The notes below the pieces were generated by a model, which was given only the letters and a program-made list of their open reading frames with translations, made no database searches and was not told the DNA's origin. The translations under genes and the position numbers were made by a program. Shown piece by piece: positions 1-13,656 of a stretch of DNA of 64,000 nt. Where the stretch lies: positions 186,436,001-186,500,000 of the forward strand of contig NC_086097.1 in assembly GCF_963921235.1 (NCBI RefSeq), in the 5' to 3' direction. Source of the stretch: Mobula hypostoma. Taxonomy: Eukaryota. How positions within the stretch are numbered: the stretch's first letter is position 1; every line of letters starts with the position of its first letter.

Positions 1-425
1 TGTGCCTTATGAAAGTAGGTTGAGTGAACTTGACCTTTTCTCCTGGGAGTGACGGAGGATGAGAGGTGACTTGATAGAGGTATAAGGTGATGAGAGGCAT
101 TGATTGTGTGGATAGCCAGAGGCTTTTTCCCAGGGCTGAAATGGCTAACATGCAGCAGCATAGTTTTAAGGTGCTTGGAAATAGATACAGAGGGGATGTC
201 AGGGGTAAGTTTTCACATAGAGAGTGCTGGGTGCATGGAATACACTGCCGGTGACGGTGGTGGAGGCAGATATCATAGGGTCTTTTAAGAGACTCTTAGA
301 TAGGTACATGCAGCTTAGAAAAATAGAGGACTATGCGCTAGGGAAATTCTAGGCAATTTCTAGAGTAGGTTACATGGTCGGCATAACATTGTGAGCTGAA
401 GGGCCTGGAATGTGCTGTAGCTATC
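1..425 (+). mobile_element. CR1-clade LINE, 3' end fragment
   Basis: Degenerate ORF2 C-terminus (YESRLSEL..FS..RMRGDLIEVYK) and a 3' UTR ending GAAGGGCCTGGAATGTGCTGTAG. Same family as copies at 19375, 26930 and 59745. Confidence 0.85.
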
Positions 426-657
426 TATCATCTATTCCATCAGTTGAAATCAAAAATCTCTAGATGGGCAGGAATGTGAGTCTTAATTAAAGGACCAAGG
501 GATATAGATAGATTAAGTGAGTGTTATGCTGTTGCATCTAAGAGCATCTCAGCTATTTGTGGTATTTGATGTAACATGGAATTTCCATTCCTTGGGTTTT
601 GCTCTGTGATATCATGTTTTAGAGGATGGTGATCCTATCCTATACATAAACAGTAGG

Positions 658-710
658 TAGATTCCAGGACATTGTATTGCTAATAGATTCCAGGACATTG
701 TATTGCTAAT
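658..710. repeat. 26-bp perfect tandem duplication
   Basis: TAGATTCCAGGACATTGTATTGCTAA occurs twice back to back (658-683, 684-709). Confidence 0.9.
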
Positions 711-908
711 CTCCTGAAATCTTTCTGTCCTCTGATGCATCTAGATTCAGGTAGAACATCACTTCCCATATCAATTATCATGTGCAGGTTAGTTGGAGGT
801 AGCAAAGTATTCCGATCTGGGCCCCTTAAACATTTAAACTTGAATCTGAAAAGCTGAAAAAACTTTGGAAAAATGAGATAAATGCTATTTATGACCTTTC
901 CTGGGTCT

Positions 909-2140
909 TCAGAATCAGAATCAGAATCAGGTTTATTATCACCAGCATGTGACATGAAATTTGTTAACTTAGCAGCAGCAGTTCAATGCAATACATAATC
1001 TAGCAGAGAGGAAAAAAAATAATAAATAAAATAAAACATAATAAATAAACAAGTAAATCAATTATGTATATTGAATAGATTATTTAAAAAATATGCAAAA
1101 AACAGAAATGTTGTATATTAAAAAAGTGAGGTAGTGTCCAAAGCTTCAATGTCCATTTAGGAATTGGATGGCAGAGGGGAAGAAGCTGTTCCTGAATTGC
1201 TGAGTGTGTGTCTTCAGTCTTCTCTATCTCCTACCTGATGGAAACAATGAGAAAAGGGCATGCCCTGGGTGCTGGAGGTCCTTAATAATGGACATTGCCT
1301 TTCTCAGACACCGCTCCTTAAAGATGTCCTGGGTACTTCGTAGACTAGTGCCCAAGATGGAGCTGACTAGACTTGCAAACTTCTGCAGCTTCTTTCAGTC
1401 CTGTGCAGTAGCCCCTCCATACCAGACAGTGATGCAGCCTGTCAGAATGCTCTCCACGGTACAACTATAGAATTTTTTGACTGTATTTGTTGACATGTCA
1501 AATCTCTTCAAACTCCTAATAAAGTATAGTCGCTATCTTGCCTTCCTTATGACTACATCAATATGGTGGGACCAGGTTAGATCCTCAGAGATTTTGACAC
1601 CCAGAAACTTGAAGCTGTTCACTCTCTCCACTTCTGATCCCCCTATAAGGATTGATATGTGTTCCTTCGTCTTACCCTTCTTGAAGTCCACAATTAGCTC
1701 TTTCGTCTTACTGACGTTGAGCGCCAGGTTGTTACTGTGGCACCATTCCACTAGTTGGCATGTCTCACTCTTGTACGCACTCTTGTCACCACCTGAGATT
1801 CTACCAATAATAGCTGTATCGTCAGAAAATTTGTAGATGATATTTGAGATATGCCTTGCCACACAGTCATGTGTATTGTATACAGAGCATAGAGCAGTGG
1901 GCTAAGCACATACCACTAAGGTGTGCCAGTGTTGATCGTCAACGAGGAGGACATGTTATCACCCATCTGCACGGACTGCAGTCTTCTGGTTAAGAAGTTG
2001 AGGATCCAATTGCAGAGGGAGGTACAGAGGCCCAGGTTCTGCAACTTCCCAATCAGGATTGTGGGAATGATGGTATTAAATGCTGAGCTATAGTCAATGA
2101 ACAGCATCCTGACGTAGGTGTTTGTGTTGTCTCGGTGGTC
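909..2140 (-). mobile_element. Rex1/Babar-like LINE, 5'-truncated
   Basis: RT motifs on the - strand ([37 protein letters not shown]). 3' end has AATAAA plus a (TTCTGA)n tail at 909-930. Confidence 0.85.
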
Positions 2141-3442
2141 TTTAGTTGAAATTATCCTGGATGAAAAAGAAAATGTCTTGAATCTTCAGCCCTCTCATGT
2201 AAACACCATGAATGGGTTTAGAGGAAACATGGCCTCCCTTTTAGTGCTTTTTTCAGTTTCAAGATGTCCCCAGAAAACTTTGCAATCAAAATCTGTACTT
2301 TGTTTTAATATATCTATTAATGGCCTAAATTTCTAAGTTTCTCAACCATCAACACAAGGTGGTAACAGTAGACTAGAAGCTCGTATAGACCTTCATATCA
2401 ACTTCATAGTTACATTTTTGTTTCTTACAATGAAAAGTTCATCTCCACAACAGCCAAAACCTTCCGACCATTTACATTTGTCAAGTTGGAAATATAATGA
2501 CATATTGCCCTATCTCTAACCTAGAAAGGAACAACTGCACAATCCCCAAGAATCTCAACAATGTTCGGGATAGATCAGCACATCTCCACTGTGTTCAGAG
2601 GCATTTTAGCAAAATACTAAACTTAAAGAGGAAGCATCTCCCAGATCAAGGACAAGCTCTCCTCCAAATCACACAATCCTGACTTGGAGTACATTACTAT
2701 TTATTCTTATAAAAGCAAAAAACTACAGGATCTGGCTATCTGAATTCTAAACTGAAAGCACTGGAAATCTTAGTAAGTCTGGCAGAGAGAGACCTACAGA
2801 ATTAATATTTCAGATCCAATGCCTGCATTAGCTCTGAAATTCCCATCACCAATTTCAACACAAAATTCAATGCAGCAAAATTCATAAATTATAATCAAGG
2901 CTATAAACTATTCACACCAAATTAAAAGAAATTCCTGATGTAAAGAGACATTTCAGACATATAGAGATATGACTCACTTGCACAGCTATGGAACTTAATT
3001 TAAAATATGGAAAAGTAAAATTGATAACCTTGCATGTAAAGCAACTTTCATGACTTCTTGGGGACATCTCCTTACTGATCAATAGTCTTGAGGTCTTGAG
3101 GCCTTACCACTGGTTGAAATATACAGGGAGTGACTTCTGTGCTATGCTGCTTGCCCTGGAAACATTGATAAAAATTACATTTTTATTTGTACTTTTAGGG
3201 TTGTTAATTGAAGCCTTGATATTAGCTAGAACATTTTGTGAATGTTCAGGTGAATTTTTTGTGAGATTTAGATAAATTAGATTAGTTATTCATTCAGTTA
3301 TCAAAATCATCATACCTTTTCTATGCTTTTCACAAAGACGGCAACCACAATAAGAACTCAGAATGGGCAATTTACTGCTTGAAGGGATTAGTCAGGTTAC
3401 ATCTCAGGGGAAAATCGACTAAACTCTAAATAAAATATTGAT

Positions 3443-3825
3443 TGATGGCCCTCCATTGTTTGGGGTCAACCATAGATGTAGCGTCCTAGCTGTTGAATTC
3501 GATACACAAGTCAAAGTAGTATGATATAGTAAGCAAGCTGTTGCCCGGGCAGCTGGTTCCCCCTCTCCATGTAGCTGATGAATCCAAAGGAATGGCAGAG
3601 ACAGATGCATTTTGGCACCAGCAGCATTGCAGGAGTTGCCAGTCAGCATTGAACTCAGTGTAGGACTGCCTTAGGCAATCCAGTTCCAGATTTTCCCTTG
3701 GAGTTTACTCCCAAAGACGTCCCCATGAGTGGGTATAGCTGTAATGCGGAGGAGGTTTGAGAACAGAGTTTTCCTCCTTCTAGATGAGCTGCCAACCATA
3801 GCTGATGAGTCTCCAGCTGTCCGGA
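3443..3825 (-). mobile_element. RTE-related non-autonomous repeat (putative)
   Basis: GC-richer block with GGCAGCTCATCTAGAAGGAGGAAAACTCTG, resembling RTE-clade 5' regions. No ORF. Confidence 0.4.
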
Positions 3826-4705
3826 TAACCAAAATAAGAAACAAAGTACCTCTATAGTATTAGATCTGAAGCACACATTACTATGTTTAATTGAAGTTCA
3901 CATCCATTGTTTTATTGGATACTTGGAGCTATTTATTATAAGCAGATTAATACTTTAATTCTCAATCTAAATAAAGACATTTCATTCATGCTGTAATCCG
4001 TAGATTATGGTAACGTGTACTGCTAAAATGTTCAATTGATACAGATTGATCAGGCATAGAAAATAAATATGGCTGCATGTTAAAATTTGAATTACAGCAA
4101 GAGATTATAAAACAGCTCAGCTGAAAAAAAAACTAAATTGATGATAATTCAACACCTTTTTAATTTACTAAGATTTTTCAAACTGAATCAATATTATTAA
4201 TTATTTTAAGCATCACCATATTTCATTCATATCATTTTCTCAGATATCTGTCTACATCACATTAAACCTCTTACTTATCAGAAGTGATTAATATATTCCC
4301 TAAAAATATTGTTGACTATATGAATAATAACTGCAGAAATATATATATATATCTCCCAGCCAAACATATGTCAAATTATGTGATTGTTGGACATCAATGA
4401 AAATTGGAATGGACATCTTTTATCAAAAATATGGCTGAATTGCACATATCTTAATTCAAAATTAGATACATTATTTGATCTGGGAAATCCAGCCTGATTC
4501 TCATATCTAACCAGGCACTTTCATTATTAGAATCAAACTACATTATTCACTTCCCTTTTTGGATAACAATACAGCCAGTACTTTTGTATTACCATTGTGA
4601 GCTCCTCTGGGCTGATATTTTGTTTATTTATATCATAACTGCTCCATCTTGCCTCATATTATCATGTTGTTGGGCCTCAATCTCTCCTGCCTTTTCCTAT
4701 AACAG

Positions 4706-4870
4706 CAGCAAACAAACTGCTCCAGGAACTCAGCAGATTGAGGAGTGCCTGTAGGGGAAAAGGACCGAGACCCTGAAATATCAATTCCTTATCACCCACA
4801 GATGATTCTCAACCCACTGAGTTCCTTTAGCAGTTAGATGTTTTTACTTCAATTCCAGCCTCTAATGTTT
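4706..4870. mobile_element. Penelope pLTR-derived short inverted-repeat element
   Basis: GGAACTCAGCAG...CTGAGTTCC inverted arms match the termini of the Penelope copies in this window. Similar relics at about 38445-38620, 43592-43676 and 49660-49820. Confidence 0.55.
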
Positions 4871-4910
4871 TTCTATAACAGTTCTCTCTATGTTTCTCCT
4901 TCCTTATTTC

Positions 4911-6020
4911 TGTCATGGTCCGGTCCGTGAAGTCTGCATTCTGGTTCATGGTCCGGTCCATCTTTCCTTATTCCAGGTTTTCCGGTTGTCCCTTGTTCTG
5001 TTGGATGCTCTAATTGAGACACCTGATTCTCATTTTGGGCTGGCTACATAAATAGCTCCTGAGTTCAGCTTCATTGGCTGGACTGTTCCCTTCCCTTCAC
5101 CTTCCTCCTGAAGCCTCTGCCTGTGTCCTTGCCTGTATTGCTGTCAAGTTCTACCACTGGAGCAAGACTGGAGCTTTGCTGTATCAAGATAAGGAACTGT
5201 CTATTGTTGCTTGGCACTGTCTCTGTGTCCATGCCTTTGCTAGGTAGGTCTGGCTGTTTGCTGCTACCTTGTGTTGGGAACCTTCTCTGTGTCCATGCCT
5301 TTGCTAGGTTGGTCTGGCCATTTGCCGCTACCTTGTGATAAGAACTGTCTCTCTGTGTTCTGTGTATGAGTCCTGACCCTATGTCCTGCTCCCTAGGAGG
5401 GGTCCTGACTCTGTGTAGAGCCCTGGCCCCAAGTCCTGTTCCCAAGGAGGGGTCCTGGATCTGTGTTCAGTTTACAAGTCCTGGCCCCAAGTCCTGTTCC
5501 CAAGGAGGGGTCCTGGATGTGTGTTCAGTTTACAAGTCCTGGCCCTAAGTCCTGTTCCCAAGGGGGGGGTCCTGGCTCTGTGTTCCATGTCCCTGTGTTC
5601 CAGTCTCTCTCAAGACCAAGTCCCTGTGTTCCTGTCCTGCCCAGACCTAGTCATGACTTTGGGTTCTTGTTCTGTCCATGTGCCTCATCCTGTGCAGAAG
5701 TTCCACATCCAGTCCTGTAGCCACGTCTTGTCCTCACCTGGATCTGGGGTCCGAGCCAGCGTTAAGACCCAGATTCTGGGTCGCTGTCCAGTCTCTGGCT
5801 TGGAATCCTAGCCCAGGCTCCTAGTTCCTTGTCCTGGTTTTGCTTTCCTAGTCAAGTACTAGCCCAGGCCCTGTTTCCTAGTCTCGTCCAGGGCCTGTGT
5901 CAATGTCCAGCGTCATTTTTTCCCCACTTCCCTTGCTTTCTTGTCAAACCTAGACCTGTTCCTTGTACTTTAGTGTCTGTGTCATCCATTTGGGTCTGCC
6001 ACCAATGCCCTGCCATGACA
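4911..6020 (+). mobile_element. Gypsy-type solo LTR
   Basis: TGTCATGG...CCATGACA termini and 5-bp TSD ATTTC (4906-4910, 6021-6025). Internal tandem units of about 58 and 64 bp. Related to the LTRs at 13657 and 22516. Confidence 0.9.
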
Positions 6021-6111
6021 ATTTCACTCCTTTTCTTGCCTCTATGCTTGTTTAAAACCAGTAGCTCTTCTATCATTTTCTGGTTTCATTAAATGTACAC
6101 GAACTGTGGGA

Positions 6112-6400
6112 TGAAACAATGGTGCACTTAGTAGAGTTGCTTCCTCATACTTGCAGTGAACAGGGTTCAGTCCTAACCTCTGGTGCTATTTCTGCAAAGT
6201 TTGCACCTTCTCCCAGGTGGAGTTTCCTCCCAAGTCCCTAGGGTAAGGAGATTGATAGGTTAACGGACCACTTGAAATAGTCCCATTCGTGTAGGTGAGT
6301 GGTAAAATCTGGCAGAGCTAATGGAAGTGTGCAGAGAGTAAAATGATTTTACTGTAGGTGGGAGCATGGACTCAGTAGGTTGAAGAGTCTATTTTTGTTA
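6112..6400 (+). mobile_element. tRNA-derived V-SINE (HE1-like), degenerate
   Basis: Box-B-like GGGTTCAGTCC followed by a V-domain-like AGTTTGCACCTTCTCCC...GTTTCCTCCCA. Confidence 0.6.
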
Positions 6401-8299
6401 CCTATGTCTCTATTATGTCTGCTTCACTTTCCACAATCTACTCGCTCCATAATTCTACCCAATGGAAGCAATATGAGTCATTCTAGTGCTTTCCACCACT
6501 TGGAAACCAAATGGTTTATGGTGAGCTATGTGTTTTACACCCTATCCAATTTTATTTTTTATTGACTTTAAAAATTTAGCAGCGTAAAACACTCTGCCAC
6601 TCCAAGCTGGTCTATTTTCAAACAAATGAATTAGATCAAGATTTCCCACTATTTAATTCAAAATCTGTAAGAATGTGTAAATATTTTTACTGTACAGTGC
6701 GCATTTACACTTTCTGTCTTAAAATTAATTGGTTCCAGATAGTTACAGTGAACTGTGTGGAACATTGATTAATAATGAAGAAAGGATTGGTCAACACAAC
6801 AGGTTGTCCATCATTAAAATGTCACAGTTCTTATGTGTTGTTCTTGGAAAAGCAAGGTTGCATTGAAAGATCCTGTTAGTTTCGTCTAAATGAAAAACAG
6901 GAATGGGTTCATTCAATATTTTGAAACAAATTACACTTAAAATATTTTTTGGATTTGAATAGCACAGCATTGCAGAAATATAACTTTCACATCTTGGGAC
7001 TTATTTTGTATTTTATACTGTCATCAGTTTACAAATAAAGAAATTGTCAATACTACAAGAAATGTAGAAATGCTGTACTCTGGTTACTACTTGAATCTAC
7101 GTAGTGGGGATTTAGGGCTTATGAAGGAACCCCTTGTATCCTGCTCTTTTAGTGACTCCATTTTCCTGATCGTCTGACAAGATTTGATTGCACAGACTGT
7201 ACGTGGCATTGAACAGGCAGTCCGAATGCTTCATCATCTTTTTCTTAAAGTACATTTAGAGACTTCTGAAAATGGGTAAGTTTAATGGTTCTCTTCTCTT
7301 ATTCGTTATTCGTTGTGTACTGGGTTGAGGAAATGTACTCCCAGCTCTAAAACCTCCTCCAGACCAGACTCCCAGAACATGGCATTGCACCAAATATTAT
7401 CGTAAGGCTTTAAATGGTGACTGACCTTTCAGATGTCTTGAGATGTCTCACTATATTAAAGGTGAAATGTAAGTATAAGTTATTGTGACGGTTTTTGAAT
7501 GATACACTTTCAAGTCAATAGCTTATAAGGGGCGAGTAATCTGGCTATTGCAAATGATTCTGAAAAAAGACTCAGTCTGAATCCAGTGTGGTAGAGGAAG
7601 GAATTCTGCTTAACCTGAAAGGTCATAGATATCTGCTGGCAGTGAAAATATGGCTGCAGAATACATCATTACCTTCCAGGTCATGACAGCAAGTAGGAAA
7701 CACATTGAACAATCTCACTTGAAGTGCTATAGGAAGAATGTAAACTCCTCCGCAGATAGATTATTAGAGATGAAGTGTGACAAAAAAAATGAAGCAAGAA
7801 GCAAAAGGGTCACTGAAAGTGAAATTGGCCTTGGATGACTGAGCAAAAAGAGGTGATGGCAAATCAGCGGCCTATTTTATATATCACTCGATTTTCTTTT
7901 CCCTTGGCTGACGGGATGTAAAACAGTTCATTAGTTTAATTTGTGTCTTCAGAAAGGAAAATAACAAAATGTGAATATTTTGATACAAAAGGAAATATAT
8001 TTTTTTCCTAGTAGAATTCACACATATGCAAGCAAGAACATACATATGAAAACAGGACATAAATCTATATGATATAAATAATAATAAATACTGATCAATA
8101 TATTGCCATGTATGAGCATTTATGTATGCATATGCTGTATATGAATATATGATGATATCCAATGGCTCAGACTCTTTGATCACAATCGCAGAGTGTTTCC
8201 TGTCCAGATGGTAGGACCAAATAAGAACAGGGATTACAGTCCCTATAGCATTGGATTAACAAAGCCAAATAAATCTGCAAACCTTTAGCTGAAAGCCAT

Positions 8300-8625
8300 T
8301 GAGAAGGAGATACAGAAGCCAGAAGTCCCACACCACCTGGTTCAAAACCAGCTACTTTCCTTTGGCCATATAGTTGTTGAGCCAAGCTGCATAACCTTAA
8401 TCACTACCTCAGTATAGTAACACTATGACCACGTTGACCAGTACCATGAGCTTTGTTTATTTATTTTTTTATTCTAATTGCGCAATTATTGTAAAATTTA
8501 AGTGCAATTTATGTTTATGCATTTCTTGTGTTGTGCCTCTATTATGTACCTGTAATGCTGCTGCAAGTACATTTTTCAATTCACCAATGCGTACACGTAT
8601 CTGAGCAAATGGCAATAAACTCAAC
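8300..8625 (+). mobile_element. Rex1/Babar-like LINE 3' end
   Basis: CCCACACCACCTGGTTCAAAACCAGCTACTTTCC (ORF2 end), then a 3' UTR ending GGCAATAAACTC. Confidence 0.55.
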
Positions 8626-9706
8626 GACCTCATATTTGGACATTTCTCTATCAATCAGCTCAAGACATGCATTAGCTTTTCAATAGTTTTAGTACTCCAT
8701 TGTTGATATTAGTTGCATGGAAATGTCATGAACCCGACTAGAAAAAAAAATCTATGTTTGCCGCCTTCATTGTGGGTCATACTACCGCAGCATGATGAAT
8801 TGTCTTAACATAAGCTGCAGAGCCTACGGTCCAGAAAGTAGGAATTAGCTTTCATTTATCACTGCCATAATGACTTCAGATGAATTGCATGTTGACTGTG
8901 TAGTCCTTGTTTTCATGAATGTTTAACTATTGTACTATATTATACTAGAAACTACGAAGCCACATAGATATGATCTATGATCCCATGAAGTTTTCACTTG
9001 CTGCTGTTATAATACACTTCCATTCTATTACAACTTGTCCATGTAAAACACTATTTAACTGCCTGCTAAGGTAGGGTGAATGGATTTTCCAAACCAGTGA
9101 GCTTTAAATGTTTACTGCTATAGTGACTTTGACGGTTAATGAAATTTTCTGGGATAATTTCACCTCCACTCTCTGGGCAATTGTCTAATGCAAGGTACTG
9201 CACACCTACACTAGAAACTGTCTGTCTGCAGCTTATTAATTTTAAAAGAACACAACATTAGACAGTGTCTATTGAACTAGCATTCTGTTTCATTAGATTG
9301 TCACCATGGTAAAAGTTAGTTCAAGTATTGGTATGAATGTCTCCTACTTCAGCAGTAAAAGTTGAGTCAAATAAAGCAGAACTGTGTCCTTCCAAGCTCA
9401 GAGTGACAAATTTGATCTATTTTAAGTAGGAAAAATAACTCGATGAACAATTAATTGCATATACATTTACATTTATTTAAATTTTATATCGTTCTAATGA
9501 TGCTCTTGCTTGTTTTAAAAGAAGTTTCTTTCTGGAGTCCAGCTCAAGTGCTTCATGCTAGAAGTTAACATAGGTCAACTCTTATCCCCACTCTACCGTG
9601 AGAAAATAATTTGCCTGTAACCCTGAGAGCTAGTTCATTACAAACAAGTAGACTGAAAGATGTGAGGATAATGATATTAGGCAAAGAAACTAGTAAATCT
9701 AGGGAC

Positions 9707-11037
9707 CTCCCTCCGCCTTCTCGATCTCTCTGTCTCTATCTCTGCAGACAGTTCATGTACTGATGTCTATCACAGCTAACTCTACTATACATTCTCCTAC
9801 CCTCTTACTTATAAAAATGCCATCCCTTTCTCTCAATTCCTCTGTCTTCGCTGCATCTGCTCTCAAGATGAGGCCTTTCATTCCAGAACAAAGGAGATGT
9901 CCTCCTCCTTCAAAGAAACGGGCTTCCCATCCTCCACAATTAATGCTGCCCTCAAATACATGTCTTGCATTTCACGCCCATCTGCTTTCATCCCATTCTT
10001 CTGCCACCCTATCAGGGATAGGGTTTCTCTTGTCCTCACCCCTACCACCCCACCAGCCTCTGCAGTCAGCACATAATTCTCTGCAACTTCCGCCACCTCC
10101 AACTGGATACCACCACAAAGCACAACTATCCCTCCCCCTCCCTCCCCAACTTCCTGCTTTCTGCAGAGATCACTCCCTACATGACTCCCTTGTCCATTTG
10201 TCCCTCCCCACTGATATCACTCCTGGTACCTATCCTTGCAAGCGGAACAAGTGCCCCTATACCTCCACCCTCACTACCATTCAGAGCCCCAAACAGTCTT
10301 TCCAGACAGATCACCTGTGGGTCTGTTGGGGTCATGTACTGTATCTGGTGCTCCCAGTGTGGCCTCTTGTATATTGGTGAGACCGTTGTAGATTGGGAGA
10401 CTGCTTTGCCAAGCACCAGAAAAAGCAAGATCGCCCAGTAGCCACTCATTTTAATTCCACTTCCCACTTCCCATTCCCATTCTGATATGTCCATCCATCG
10501 ACTCCTCCACTGTCGTGATGTGGCCACTCTTGGGCTGGAGGAACAACAACTTGTATTCCGTCTGGGTGGCCTCCAACTCGACGGCATTAACACCAATTTC
10601 TTGAACTTCTGGTAATGCCACCCCTCCTTCACCATTTCTCATCACCTTTCCCCTCTCTCACCACATTTCCTTGCCCACCCATTGTCTCCTTTTGGTGCTC
10701 CTCCCCCCTTTTCTTTCTTCCATGGCCTTCTATCCTCTTATCAGACTCCCACTTCTCCAGCCCTGTATCTCTTTCACCAAACAACTCCCCAGCTCTTTAC
10801 CTCAAACTTCCCCCTTCAGGTTTCACCAGTCACCTTGAGTTTCTCTCTCCCCTCCCCCCCCCCCACCTTTTAAATTTACTCCTCAGTCTTTTTTCGTCTC
10901 ACCTGTCCTACCGAAGGATCTCGGCCTGAAATGTCAACTGTACTCTTTTCCATAGATGCTACCTGGCCTGCTGAGTTCCTCCAGCACTTGGTCTGTTGCT
11001 TGGATTTCCAGCACCTGCAGATTTTCCCTTGTTTGTG
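9707..11037 (+). mobile_element. Penelope-like element, 5'-truncated (RT tail, GIY-YIG, pLTR)
   Basis: GIY-YIG motif VMYCIWCSQCGLLYIGET, pLTR with a degenerate hammerhead at 10905-10939, and 12-bp TSD AAATCTAGGGAC (9695-9706, 11038-11049). Confidence 0.9.
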
Positions 11038-11824
11038 AAATCTAGGGACATGGAAGACATCTCAAAATTCGCAAAATCTGATGATAATATAACTTGATAC
11101 AAAATACATTTCATAACTATTATATGAAGCATAAACTTATGCATTAAGTGAATAATAATAATAAAAGTTAAAGTGGATGCAATAAGTGGGGTCAAAGTTA
11201 ACAGTTGTGAATGATTGATGGCAACTGTCTAGTTGTCGTCAAACTGCAGTTGGAAAAGGTAATACTTCAGCGCAACAACTGAAAGCAACAGAAGTTAAAT
11301 ATGACATGTGTGGAAAATATGAAATGAAAACCAAAACTGTTGGAAATATTTAGCAGGTCAAGCTGTACCAATGGAGAGAGAAATCGAGTTAATGCCTCAG
11401 GTTAATAACATTTCACCTCCATCATGATGGAAATAATGAAGCTGTAAACCACCTACACATCAGGAAAAGTAGTGATTATATATTTCAAATACATTGGCAA
11501 TTTGATTGGTTTTCTTCTGCAACAAAACATATTAAATAATGTAACAACATTTGGAATGAATAACAGCAAGCTACCCAGATGACAGAAATAAACCACATTT
11601 GCTAATTATCTATTATATTTATAAGCAATGTGGCTATCAATTGAACAGGAGATGATAAATAGGTAAGTTCCTTAGGCAAATAGAGTATATCCTGATCATC
11701 ATAACATAATGATTTTTGTAGTATAAACTTTGGATTTTTATGACAAATTTATTAAATACTTTTTAAAAATTCTTTTAAAATCCAATAATATCATGTACGT
11801 ATATCATTGTTCCTGAAACTTATC

Positions 11825-12885
11825 CTCTCACACGGGAGGTTGGTCAAGAAGGTTCAGTCATTTGGCATTCAAGATGAGGTAGTGAATTACATTAGGCACT
11901 GGCTTTGCAGCAGAAGCCAGAGAGAGGTAGTAGATGGCTGCCTTTCTGGCTGGAGGCCTGTGACTCGTGGCATGCCACAGATTGGTTCTGGATCTTGTTT
12001 GTCATCTATATCAATGATATGGATGATAATGTAGCAAACTGGATTAGCAGATTTGTGGAGGACACTAGGATTGGGGGTATAGTGGACAGCAAGGAAGGTT
12101 ATTGAAGCTTGCAGCGAGTTCTGGACCAGCTGGACAAATGGGCTGAAAAATGACAGATAGAATTTAATGCAGACAACTGAGGTGTTACACTTTGGGAGGA
12201 CAATCCAGTGTAGGACTTACATTGTGAGTAGTAGGGGACTCAGGAGTGTGGTAGAACAGAGGCATCTGGGAATATAGATTCATAATCCCTTGAATGTGGT
12301 GTCACAAGTAGATAAGGTCATAAGCTTTTGGCATGTGAGTACAGGAGCTGGGATGTTATGCTGAAGTTGTATAAGACACTAGTGGGCCTAATTTCAAGTG
12401 TTATATGCAGTTCTGGTCACCTTCTTACAGGAAAGATATCAATCAGATTGAAAGAGTGCAGAAGAAAATTACAAGGATGTTGCCAGGACTCGAGGACCTA
12501 AGTGGTATGGAAAGGTTGAGTAGGTTAGGACTTTATTTCCTAGAGCGTAAGAGTATGAGGGGAGATTTGAAAGGGTATACAAAATAAGGAGGGGTGTAGA
12601 TAGAGTAAATGCAAGCAGCTTTTTTCCGCTGAGGTTCGGTGAGATTAGAACCAGAGGTCATAGGTTAAGTGTGAAAGGTGGGCTGTTATTTAAGGGGAAC
12701 ATGAGGAGGAACTTCTTTGAACAGGGTGGCAGCAGAAGTGGTGAATTCCAGTTCAATTCCAACATTTAAAGGAAATTTGGATAGGTATATGGATGGGAAG
12801 GGCTACAGCTGGGTTGCAGGGTGATGAGACTAAACAGATTAGTAGTTCGGCATGGACTAGAAGGCCAAGGGGTGTTCTATGACTT
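11825..12885 (+). mobile_element. CR1-clade LINE, 5'-truncated
   Basis: Degenerate RT (LFVIYINDMDD, QFWSPSYRKDINQIERVQ) with several stops and frameshifts. Confidence 0.85.
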
Positions 12886-13101
12886 TATGAAATACAGTTA
12901 GGCAATGTATTTTGTAACAAGCTATATTAATATCAGATTTTGCCATTATTATAACTAGGTCAATGTGTAATGGTGAACAATGCTTTAATTTCTTACAAAT
13001 TGTTTATCCCTTGCTTGATATGTAATCAGAAGCTGTAATTTTGAAACTGATGATTTAGGCATATAGCTTATTGAAGAAATTAAATCACACAACTTTCAAG
13101 A

Positions 13102-13234
13102 TTACTCATCCCTCTGCTTGGCAGATGCAAGTTGTGGCTGTGAAAACTCAGGTTCTGGGGTCTCCTCCATGATGGCTGTAGAAGTTAACTCTGAGACTGC
13201 AGGAAATGGTTCTGACAGGTCTGGACATCTTTCT
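13102..13234 (-). mobile_element. C-terminal tail of a K02A2.6-like Gypsy polyprotein
   Basis: - strand reads ERCPDLSEPFPAVSELTSTAIMEETPEPEFSQPQLASAKQ. This resembles the Pro/Glu-rich post-integrase tail of chondrichthyan K02A2.6-like elements (recalled, needs a BLAST check). Confidence 0.6.
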
Positions 13235-13656
13235 TATCCAACCTTTTTCTTCTGCTACTTTGTGCATCTTGATCTTGGGAAGGAGCATTTAGTTCACTGG
13301 GTGTTCTCTTATTAACCCTTCTGTTACTCCCTTTTTGATCTGATCTCTCCTCTTGGTTTCCAAAACATCACCTGACAAATCTGTTTTTGTATCTCCATTC
13401 ATTCCATTCATCCAACTGGGCATCTACTTTTAAAAATCAGTTTTTTATCTCCAACTTGACATTCATGCAATAACCTTAATGCATGCAGTGTAGATTCTGG
13501 TTTATTGTACTCACAAAAGCCAAATGCCTGCAACGTTCCTAAAGCTTCTTGAACTCTCTTCCAGTTTAAAATCAAGCCATATTTCGCAAGTAACTGCATG
13601 AATAACATATCAGAAGCTTTCTCAGATATGTTGCCTACAACTGGACCACTGCTTTT
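13230..13656 (-). pseudogene. RBM25: RBM25 processed fragment, 3' part (RRM and following region)
   Basis: SSGPVVGNISEKASDMLFMQLLAKYGLILNWKRVQEALGTLQAFGFCEYNKPESTLHALRLLHECQVGDKKL matches the RBM25 RRM (VGNISEKASDMLIRQLLAKCGLVLSWKRVQGASGKLQAFGFCEYKEPESTLRALRLLH). After frameshifts it continues KVDA-QLDEW, ETKRRDQIKKG and SELNAPSQ. No introns. Confidence 0.92.

Noticed and set aside
5071..6092. Cluster of Pro/Ser/Cys-rich ORFs (also 13918-15900, 22714-23677, 41517-42234)
   Set aside because: These are overlapping frames in GC-rich repetitive LTR sequence with no protein motifs.
7175..7177. In-frame TGA read as selenocysteine (also in the 52420-52490 segment)
   Set aside because: There is no selenoprotein motif and I found no SECIS element. 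A chance stop or CGA>TGA decay is simpler.
7125..7253. - strand mini-ORF MYFKKKMMKHSDCLFNATYSL..., faintly like PACAP/VIP-family peptides
   Set aside because: Only HSD.LF..YS matches. There is no signal peptide, no Arg/dibasic site before His and no family-typical C-terminal half.
13065..13095. Possible start of the missing 3' LTR of the RBM25-containing element
   Set aside because: Only about 20 nt of loose AT-rich similarity to 17265-17288, with no polypurine tract.
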